This document shows positions 49,680-59,975 of a stretch of DNA of 64,000 nt, piece by piece. A program made the translations under genes and the position numbers. Under the pieces are notes generated by a model, which saw only the letters and a program-made list of their open reading frames with translations, ran no database searches and was not told the origin of the DNA. Within the stretch, counting starts at the first letter, position 1. The number at the start of each line of letters is the position of its first letter. The stretch lies in the NCBI GenBank assembly GCA_905178155.1, contig CAJINV010000003.1:4685863-4749862 (forward strand). Direction: 5' to 3'. Source of the stretch: Amoebophrya sp. A120 (taxonomy: Eukaryota > Protista > Dinoflagellata).

Positions 49680-52600
49680 TGGTGCAGTTCTGCGGCTGCT
49701 ACTTTTTGGTCACTCCTTTCGACTAGAACCAATAAGAAATCCGAACCTCGAGGCTGTCGTTGTCTCGATCCTTTGTCCGGAACGAGGAAAACAATAAATT
49801 TCAGCGCCCCAACGCGAACGCACACCTCCGCAGGAACGCCAGAAGTGAATATTCACCGCCAGGCTACCCTTTGTGGATTGATTTGGGTAACTAGTACTAC
49901 TTTCCACCACAACGTCAACGGAGAGGAGAACCGAAGGTGATTCTGGAACACGAGCGCACGAAGACCAGGGCACTCCGTCTCGAGGCAGATGAAGACGAAA
50001 CAGCAGCAAAGCCAAATGTTTGTGGTCTCTACTCCGGCGCGCAGAAGCGCGCAAGCGCTTGCGGGGTGCTTTATGGTTTCTCTGATCATGCACGCAAATG
50101 CCGCCAGCTTCGGTGGAATGGTCCAAACTCCATTTTTATGCAGTGCAAATAGCGCCTCTCAACTTACTTTTTATTTCGTCATTTTCTAAAACTAAAACTG
50201 GTACACGTGCTATTTACGATGAATTAGTCCTCTGCTCCTGCGTTGCAAGAATGCCGGAGCCGGACCAAGAATTTTTTTCTATGTGGTACGCTTTTTTATT
50301 TTTTCATTCAACGTTCACGTCCTGCAGGAGCAGGACGCGTGTTGGTGAAAAAGACTGACCAGATTCAATTCTCTCGAGTAACAAGGATGTATGCGAGAGT
50401 GTATTTGCATTGTACACTCGCAGGACGAAATACGGGGTTTTCCCTGGCTCGACCCCAAGAAGCCCAATGGCAGTGTTGACCCGCCGAGTCAGACGGGGGT
50501 GTGGTTTGCCCAAGGCACGGTGCAAAAGGCCTATCTTCTCTGCAACGCTGGCCTCCCGTGGTCCACCGAAGACTCCGAACACCGCCGAAAATTTCAACCT
50601 GCGCGCCGGGTGGGAGAGCCGAACGCGGACAACAGGTCCCAACCGTGGGAGCGCAACGGGCGCCGAAAGCTGGCCCGAGAATGGCCGGGGAGAAACGGCG
50701 TTCCGCAGCCCCGGATCTGGGCCGATCAGGACGAAGGCACGGTCTGGGAATGGTGGGACGTGAAGGAGGGGCTGGGCGCGCATCCGGAAGACAACACAGA
50801 ATGCCTCATTGAGGCTACGACGCTCGTCAACCCGGACTACGCAGCGCTAGCCCACCAAAGCAAGAGGCTTCTGGTCCTGCCCACCTTGTGCCAAGAGATC
50901 GTAGACGGGCCAGCGAAGGATGGGGGGGATCCGACAGCGGATCTATGATGAGGAAAAGAACTACCGTCGCCCCAGATGAAACAATATATATAGAAAATGA
51001 ATATCCTCGCTGTTGTCTATCACTCGCAGATGCTACATGCAAACAACGTACCAACGTGCATCTTTTGTCTGGTATGTTCGCATAAAAAAGAGTTATATGT
51101 GCAATATTGCGACTTGAAGAGCCGGAACGACGACCAATGAAGAAGAAGTTTGCGAAGAAAAGGTATGAGCGCAAGCACATTCACGTTCACATTGCGCGCA
51201 AGTTTGTTGTTCTTTGGCATTTTCTGTTCTTGTGAAAGTGAAAGGATAATGGAAGGAAGGTACTACAGCGACGCAGGTACGAAATTTTTCATGCTTGTCT
51301 GAGGGCGACGTCTTTGTTCCCCGTGACAAACATTCGTGTCCGACCAGGGACGTAAGCGCTGCCGTCACTACAACGTGAGGTTCGATAGGAGCGCCCACGA
51401 CGAGGAGAAGCGCAAGCAGCGATACACGGCGGCACCCGAACCAAAAATGAGCAACCCGCTGGACCAGGGCGTGCCAAGTTTCGCGCAAGTCGCCGTGGAC
51501 CAGGCGAGCGCCACGCGCGACTTCCAGGGACTGGTAAGCGAGAAAAACATCGAGAAGTGGGTGCACCTCGGCATGCAGTACGTGAACTTGCGGTCGATCC
51601 AAGCGGGCTTCCAACGCGGTTCCGTCTTCAATGACGTTATGGCAGATTCCCCGGAGGGCGACGACGTCGACGATGGAGGAAAAGCGGACGCTGCGCGGAA
51701 GCGGGCAGAAGAAGCGGAACTGCAAGAGGAAATCGAGCAAGCGACCAAACAAATGGAAAAGATGATTCGGATGCAGCTCAGCGAAGAGCAGAAGCAAAAT
51801 CTAGGAGAGGAGCTGCGAGAGAAGTTCGAGGCAAAAAAATTGGCCGAGGCCGAAGGGGCAAAACGCGCGGCCGCGGCAAAGAGGGAAGCAGAGCTTGCCA
51901 AGCGACAGCAGACAGACGACAAAATGGGCATGGAGCTGGGGGCTGACAAAACACGAATCGTGGATCCGGTCTTTGCTGTGTCTCTAGAGATGGGCGGCCT
52001 CGCGCAACTGCGGTATCTCGCCGAGCACGGGCGCAGACGCGGCGTAGGTGTCATTGTGGATGTGTCTTTCACGGAAATTGGCCACGTGTGCAGCCCCAAA
52101 GGCTACGACTTTGCCTTCACCGCCCTGACTGTGCCCTGCGTGTGGCTGCAAAATAACGGGGGCGCGATGGCAGCCGCCGCCGGGGCCCAGGCAGGTGCGG
52201 TAACCCGGGTCGTTGCCAATCGACCAAATTGGAAGAAAAAACCACTTTGGGCAGCCATGGTCGGCTTCATGCGTCTTCTTCTCATTCACTCTCAAGTGGC
52301 TGGCTTTCGGATCCAGAACACAAATCAAGTCCTGCGCGACTATGACCCGTCAGGTACTATAAATAAGGAATCACTTCTTGAACAGCCTGAGTTTTCCCGA
52401 GCTACAAGCGGACTGGTGTTTTTTCTCACGCGGATTTCTTAGAAGGTTGCATGTTCGCGTTTGACACATTTTTTTTTCGAATTCCATTTCAGGTGCCACG
52501 CCTACGGACGTATGCCAAGTGAAGTCCCGACTTCATTTGAAAGACAGCGACTTTCAAACCTTCAACCAGCTCGCGGCCCTCGGGGAGGATGGGTTTGTGC

Positions 52601-55600
52601 GTTTGAATGACGCTGCCACATCCACGGCCTGCTGGAAGTACTGCGCCCGGATTCCGGATTGTGAAGGGGCAGTGTGGCGACACGAGCGTGCGCGTTCCCA
52701 GAAAGACGCTTGCATGCTCATCAATGAACTTGCCTTGGAAGACCCGAGGGAGCAGCGGTAAGCACTTGTTAAGTAAGTACTCACTAGAAGACTTTGATCA
52801 GCACCCCTTTCTCAATGTACTTGATGTCACAAAAATTTCTTTGCCCCGTTTGTCCTTAGCATTGTTTGCGGGTTGACCTTTACCTTTTCTTTCGTGGACG
52901 CTGATTTTGGTAGCCCTCATCAAAGAGAGGCTTTGCTTTGTGTCGTTGACTTAACAGTTGTGATGCAAATTTCCAGGTTTTCGCCGAACTTTTTGGGCGG
53001 AAGGACGCAGGCGCACGACCTAGATGAGTACGTCGAAATGGAACCAGCATGCCGCCAAGTTCTCACGACTCTATCAGGTGCGAACTTTTGTTTTATCAAA
53101 CTATCCTCGAGTTTCTTTCTTGTACTTCTTTGTCAAGCCATTCTTTGCTTCGACCCGCTGAATGAACTTCGCGAAAGCTGTTCTTGCACGAGATGAACGT
53201 CAGAGCCGAAAAAGAAAAATGGAATATGAAAGAAATCAAACAGGACTGGCCGAGACAGATGATACGGCGACTGAACGTCAATCACTGGGGGAGGGAGAGG
53301 TACGACGAGACGATGCTGGGCACCAAGCACTCGATGTGGAACAAATGGAGGTAGAGCTTCGAGACACTTATAAGAAGTGCGCGGCACTGGTGCCGCGCAC
53401 GGTGTATATTGCGGGTTCTGACGATGGGGACTACGCACAGATCGCAAACCAAGACCTCCCTCCCTCAGTCGCAGGATCGGCGGTCACAAATTACTGGGAA
53501 TGCCGACGAAAGTACGGCAGCAATCAAAACTAGAGACACGACCAGAGAAGAAGGGTGGATTTTCCTTGTGCACTTTATGTTCGTTCTTTTTCACAACATG
53601 CATGCGACTGCAGCGTACGAGTGATGTGAATCTGACGGCCGATTCACGAGTTATTTCCTGGAGGCCACAGCGAGACCATATATCGATATCGTCTCATGGA
53701 TGCTTCCCTCCGCGCAGTCGATCTTGATGAATGTATACCGCTGACGCGTCACCGTCACGTGTTGTAAGTGCAACCTCTACTTCTAGAAAAATTTGCGCGC
53801 TGCCACCAACAGATGAGAAGACGCAGCGAAAGCACTTGTGCAGATTCCTTCCTTTTCTAGCTCGTGTCAATGGTTTTGCTTTCATAAGCGTTGCGCGCGT
53901 ACAAAAGGATGCACCGCCTGGTCCTTCGTACAAGAGAACGACGAAGAACAATCTGCCGGCTGTAACCTGCTGAAAACCCCAGGAAACTCTGGAGTCTTTG
54001 CCGAAAAGGATGGGGCAATGATCTTGTCATTCCCTGGAGCTATTTCCGGGTCTTGCCAAGTTCAAAAGAGTACAGATGTTACATTGATATATGAAGATCT
54101 ATTTGTATTTACTTCGGACGCGCCCCAGAATGATGATCTTCACTTACATTCATGTAAAGATTCACTTGCCAATCAGTTCTCCACCTGGACCGCGACGAAA
54201 GATTTCTATCGAGCTTGATTGAGAGTGTTGTGTGTTTGGCCACTCGCAACGGGTTTGCCCCGCTTGTGTGGCCGGCATTGACTTCCCGATTGATTCTGCA
54301 AACATCTCAAACGCAGATCCGACTCCCCGAAACCACGACGAGGGGACATGGAAGGCAAGTGCGGCGGGCGCCGATTTCCTCAAGACCGCAAGTTATACGA
54401 TCCACCGCAATTACGCGAACGAGATGGCGGCCTTTGTTACGCAATTAGAAAATACTGTTGACCTCGACCCTCGATCACTATCGGTGTCGTGTTTTTCTTC
54501 TGCCCGACAGAATTGATGAGGCATTAGCACACATGGAAGAACCATGCTACGTAATACATGATGTCCGTTTTTTTTAGCACGTGATGACTTCTGTATGTTG
54601 CGCTGAATCAGTTATACGGAAAAATATCCGGTACTAGGAGGAATCTTTGTCATCCCGGCAAGTGAATTTGAAAATGCAATCGAACTCCTGTGTGTGGTCG
54701 TGGTGTGTGTGTGTGGGTGTCTGTGTGTCGTGTGTATCCGCGATACATAGCGATAGTGATGAGGTTTTTCTCCCTATACTTTGTCTCGGCAAGCGCTTCG
54801 GTGACGACAGCATGCGCTTCTACCGTATCCTTTTTCTGGGTGATGACGATACATTCGCGGAACGGATGAATCTTGTCGAGACCTCACACGCCGACGTGAA
54901 CGGGGGTGAGGAAGGAAGCCGATACAAAATAGCTTTCGACGGAACGACACACGCAATGCTACCACCGAGTGACATAGGCGGAGCCTCCCTCAGCGATCTT
55001 GCCGGCAGATTTCGGCAAGAAAACAGCTACGGCAACAGGGCGTCGCCAAACACCGTTCTCGCCCCCGTGCGCAAAGACGACGAGCTGCGCTGGGTCAGCA
55101 GGACACTGAAGCAGCTATCCAGCACGCCCCGCCGCTCACCGCGCTCCGGTGCGGTCGTGGAGCAAGCGAACCTAGCGACTGCTGCAAGCTCCGTGTTCTC
55201 CGACCCGCAGAATCGGGGAGTAGCGTTGAAACACAATCTCTTGCAGCATTTGTTGCTGGCATTGACGCGCGGAACGATGCACTTCGGACCCGGCACGGAA
55301 TACCTCGGACTGTTGAAGGGACCACTATTTCAGCAGTGGAGTAAAGCAGGTTTCCAGCTCTTGTGGCAGGCATTCGCATTTACCGCTGGGCTGATCCGGT
55401 TGCGCAAGCAGTATGACGCGCTCCGCGACGGTGCAGTGTGGCTTTTGCCGGCCCAGCCGGGAACGCTGCTCTTCGAGAAGGCCAGTCCTTCTGCCGCCTC
55501 GGTTTTTGGACTGCTGCGATCGGCGCAGCATGGCGGGGGAGACACCGACTCCAGAGACTACCGCACGTCTTGGTGGATCGGCTCTTTGAGTAGTGCGCGC

Positions 55601-57358
55601 AGGTATATCCTTGGGGGGCAAGAACAGGCATCTGCTGCGGCCCGTGGTAGAAGTGCCGGTGCCCTTCCTCCGACTCTTCTCCCGCGCCACTTGCGCGCAC
55701 GCATACTTTTGGACACGAAGCGATTGTATGCCTATTCCGCTGCGCGTTCGGCGGACGGCGAGCGAGCTTCGCAGCAAGGCCCGTCGGGAGGCGCGGCGCA
55801 TGCGTCGGGAACGGAGTTCCTTCGTCGAGAACAATCCGAGCAAGAGTTGTTCCCGAGCGCCCCGGCTGCACAGCAGTTCAATCCACCGAGTCACGCTATG
55901 AGTGCCGAATTCCTGAAGACATTCGCGGGGACAGATTTTGAAGTGCAAGAAAAACTGAAGCAAAATTTGCGACAAAAGAGCACGACGCATTTCAGAAGTC
56001 TCTTCACGGGAAAAGAGTGGGAAGACCTGGAGAAAAAACTCTTGGCCCCACGGGGGTCCTCTGCTGGACGCGCAGCTAGAGGTCACTATGATCCTAGTGC
56101 TGCTGCTTCCACATCCACCGCGTCCGCCACCCCCGCGGTTTCGCTAGAAGTTTCGACGGCCGGCAGCAGTGGAGCGTCGTCTGCCGAGACGCCAGTAGAC
56201 CACAACCGCTTCGGCTCCTGGTTGCCCCCCCACACGCACCGCAATTTTTTACCGGAGTTCGCACCCGTCGAAGAATGCGACTTCGATCCCTCTGAACTTT
56301 GCGTGCGGGCGACGGTGGAACCCGGAACCGCAGTGCTGCTCTCACTCGAATTCGCCGGCGGCGATGTAGTTGAGCAGCATTCTCGAGAGGACCACGTGGC
56401 TGCCGAGGTGAACAATTATGCTGACCAGGCCGAGGAACAAGGGGACCACGAGATAGGCGAACAAGACGAGGCTTTTCCGGTCGCTGGCCGCGACGCGGAG
56501 CCGCGAGAGGGGATGCCCTTCACCTACTGGCTAGATCCGCTCGAGAAAAAGGACTGTGCCTCCCTCGGTGCGGGCGTACTGCGGACGGCCTACGTCACCG
56601 AGACGAGCGCGGCGTTGGAAGAGCAGCCGTGGTCCGCGGGAGTCGCGGCAACGGAGGCGATCGTCGATCTTCCCGCGCGCTTGGCGCAAGTCAAAAAGTT
56701 CTGCATGAACGACCCCCGCTGTGTTGGCGTTGCGGAGGAGCGGGCGGGGCCCGGCTCCCTGGTGGGGCACCATGGGGTGCATAACTTGTGGCTCCTGTAC
56801 GGCACCGGCGCGGGCGGCGGCGCGGCCCGGTCCCTGCAGCTCGAAAAGTGCAGCAACAGCGACGACTATAACACGCATGTAAAGGCGACGAAGCCCGAGT
56901 ACTTCTTGCGCCGTGCGGGATACGACTGCCTATCGGATTCAGTCCGTGGGCTCGCGCAAGTATCTGGCCCATACCAAAAAACGCAATGGAGCCTCCTGCA
57001 AGTGGCCCGAAAGTGCGAGGAAGACCCTACATGTATTGGGGTGCAGAACGCCAGCATCGACAACAACGAACGGCAGGATGCTCTATGGCTCCTACACTCA
57101 CATGAAGATCACCAAGTTTTACCCGGAAGTTCGAACATCCTCGGAGCCTGCAGTGTCGCGGACACTGAGTTGGGGCTGGTGACTTTTTGGGAAAAATTCA
57201 ACGAAAATAATCGAGCTAACGACGCTGCTTTGACAGACTTCATGGAGGCAAATTTTGGACAAGAGCAAGAGGAAGGCACGGCAAATGATGGCGATGCAGT
57301 TCATGATGTTGACCAGGTTGCGGATCAGTTGGAAGGCATGAACCTCGGTCAACAGTAG
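49680..57358 (+). CDS. Large multi-exon Cys-rich protein with several PAN/apple-like domains; 5' exons unresolved
   Basis: High-GC3 exons at about 49937-50120, 50424-50942, 51336-52353, 52493-52757, 52977-53077, 53193-53511, 53891-54052, 54246-54436, 54783-57358. Motifs CWKYCARIPDC, CRRNCARTKGCTAWSF...CNL, FCMNDPRCVGV, KCEEDPTCIGV. Confidence 0.65.
53512..53890 (+). mobile_element. Stem intron, GT...CG, 379 nt
   Basis: caaaactagagacacgaccagagaag vs cttttctagctcgtgtcaatggttttg. Removal builds the PAN C-x3-C-x5-C motif (ECRRN|CARTKGC). Confidence 0.8.
54053..54245 (+). mobile_element. Decayed stem intron, TT...TC, 193 nt
   Basis: gccaa/ttggc ends. Gives ISGS|QRVCPAC in frame. Confidence 0.5.
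54437..54782 (+). mobile_element. Stem intron, TT...TT, 346 nt
   Basis: cctcgatcactatcg pairs with cgatagtgatgagg, with tac/tata termini. Gives AAFG|LGKRFG in frame. Confidence 0.7.
54689..54735. repeat. Imperfect (GT)n microsatellite inside an intron
   Basis: tgtgtggtcgtggtgtgtgtgtgtgggtgtctgtgtgtcgtgtgt. Confidence 0.75.
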
Positions 57359-58937
57359 CAGGTAACAGGATTCCTGACCTGATACACAAAAACTTAAATG
57401 ACCCCGAGGGGCCGGTCCATCGTGACTGGTGATACAGATTGTATAATTGAAGACCGTGTGACTGAGCTTTTCCTTTTCCCTGTACTTACATAACAAGACA
57501 TAAAGATTATGATTGTTGCTCTCCCGTCGCACAATAGTAATTCATCTGTTTCTGATTTTTTGCAGTACGGACACGATGTGCAAACGAAGTTTGGATTTGA
57601 CTTGCATACAGAAAAAAACTCTGATGGGAATGGCGCTAAGCGAGTCAGAACAATTTATTTTGCGCAAAACCGATAGGTAGACATGGCATGGTGAAGACGT
57701 ATACATTGCAAGTAGGTCTGTTTGATTTCACAAAACCATTTTCTAGATAGACAGCATATGTTTTTAGCTCACAGATGAAATGTACTTGTTATGTATAAAA
57801 GTAAACGCTACGGCATTGGTGATGACACGCAAGAGGAAAATTTTTAAGGTGGGCAAGACTGCACAATAGCAGCGAGCTGGATCGTCGTTGGTCTACTTTC
57901 TGTTGGCGTCGCAATAACTTGTGTTGTTTACTTACGCAAATTTAAACCAACGAAAATTATGTCTCACTCTTTTCCTAGAGCTAGAGCTCTACACATTTAT
58001 TCCCCAGGAATTCTAGCGCTGCGAGGACTACAACATAACCAGCAGACACGAAGAACATGTACATCAAAGGTATGACATATAGCGAGATAATATGAGAAAG
58101 AATAAGAAACATAATAGAGAACGTCAAACGAAATTGGCCAGAGCAAGCTACCTAAAGAGAAAGGCCCAAGGTAGCAGTGGAAGCGAGAGATCATACTTCA
58201 CGCCCCGCCTGTACAATCTGGCTTTTATCCCGGGTCTTCGTCTTCTGTAGCCGCGTCTCCACAGCAAAAACGCTCGTGATCGTATGGTGTCGCACTGTCT
58301 ACGTAGAATGACAATTTCAAGTGAGGGTTCTGCTAGCATCAACAAAAAATAGAGAAGTGAAAAGCACCACGGAGGGCACGACAGCAAGCACATGACTTTA
58401 CGTTGCATCGGTTCAGATTTGTCAATGGCTGTAGATCTGGACTCAAAAAACGTGTGACAAAAATTTCGAGGATTTCGTGCGAGTTGTATGGTAGGCTTCG
58501 ACATCGAGGCCCTGAAAATAGAGAGACAGGGCAGAGGATGCGCGGCAGCACCACAGATGACACGTCGTCGCGGTCCTTGTCGCAGTGATCGAATGCTCCG
58601 TTTGTTTCTTGTGACTGCGAGGGCGCTGGTTATCGTTTCATTTACTAGTTCTTCTTCGTGTGTGAGTGTGTGGGTGCGGGTGGGTGGGTGAATCGTCCCA
58701 ACAGAGGCGCCGGAAGAATCAGTTTCGCAACACCAGGCGTAGTTGTTTCCTCAGACTGCAGCTGTCACAATTGATAATTTTCATCTCCTACTCGTGGTGG
58801 ACGTAGTGCTATTTCAATTTTTCGCGTTCCGATTCCAACCAGCGTCAAGAAGTAGTCGAGCGTTTGCGACTTTAAAAATCGGCTTCTATTTCTGCATCAT
58901 CTTTGCGCAGAAGCAAACTAACATAAGTGGTCTAAGC

Positions 58938-59975
58938 ATGGCCTGTTGTGGCACCGACGGTCGGAAAGAAAAGGTACAGGATGTCTCGTACCCTGGCCCG
59001 ATTCAGCCGACCGCAACCGTGTCCCTACCGCCACAAGATCTGCGCGCAACCCCCTCGGCCGAGCAGGAGCGTGACTTTGTACGCATTTTCCAGCAGCAAG
59101 GTATCTACCTGCTGAACGAAGAAGAGGTCGATCCGGTCTTGCTGCAGCACGACAAGAAAGTGCAAGACCCGGACGATATCATCGAAAACTTTCTGGGTCT
59201 CCTGCGGGACCACGACCCTGCACGAAATCTGAAAGGTACACTAGTAGAACGAAGCACTGGAAAATAGCAATAGTTGTTATTCTTCTTGGAGCACTGGACA
59301 ATAGCAATAGTGGAGAAAGAAAAATTCCCATCTGTAAACTTTTCGATATCAGACTTCACCGACGAAGAGCTTCGGAGATACGTCGCAAAGCACATTTCGG
59401 TGTCCGAAAGCTTTGACTTCTGCATGCGCGAACAACTTGCTCCGCTTTTTTTGCAGCCCGTGTACCTGGTCCTCCTTACGCCACAACATTCAGCACCGGG
59501 CGCAGGTACGTAGTAGTAATAGTGAAAGTGAAAGAGGACAAGGAAGACAATGACAAAAAGCCGCTTTCGAATTGTACCAAGAGGCGAAATTGCATATTTT
59601 ACTGTTAGTTTGTTTTTTCTTTTCAAAATGTTTCTGTGTCCATTTCGCGTCAGGGCTTCGGGCTGTCACAAGAATGGCGTGCGATTACATTCAAACCGAC
59701 GCATTCTCATTCATCATGCACAAGGTATTGTCGTCGTCATCTATGGGTTTGTCGCAGAGGCAGCGAAGGGGCATCTGCAAGTCGTGGGTGACCGACCGGA
59801 AACGAAACGCACTCCTTGGATTGCACGGCTGGAACTCAACCTGCGTGACTCCACGCTAACGCACACGGTGTTCCCGCAGAACCGTTCCGCTGCGTTCACG
59901 GACTCCAACAGTTTCATGATGAAAGACCTCGACGCACTGCGTGCGAAATACTTTCGCTCGAGTCCAACCAGCTGA
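58938..59975 (+). CDS. Hypothetical protein (MACCG N-terminus); exons about 58938-59243, 59292-59505, 59654-59724, 59760-59975
   Basis: High GC3. In-frame GT-AG introns at 59506-59653 and 59725-59759. First intron boundaries are uncertain. Confidence 0.6.

Noticed and set aside
49887-49894. 8-9-nt micro-intron or TAG read-through at gtaactag
   Set aside because: A 50-nt GT-AG intron (49887-49936) explains the frame more simply.
50120-50430. Applying the 1/4 rule to the stem tatgcagtgcaaata/tatttgcattgtaca
   Set aside because: The stem is real but the predicted 285-nt intron is out of frame. Boundaries are left unresolved and it is not counted as support.
16272-56086. Long minus-strand ORFs (e.g. 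16272-17111, 20752-21765, 32223-33545, 33968-35032, 55325-56086)
   Set aside because: Antisense shadows of GC3-rich + strand genes, with no recognisable motifs.
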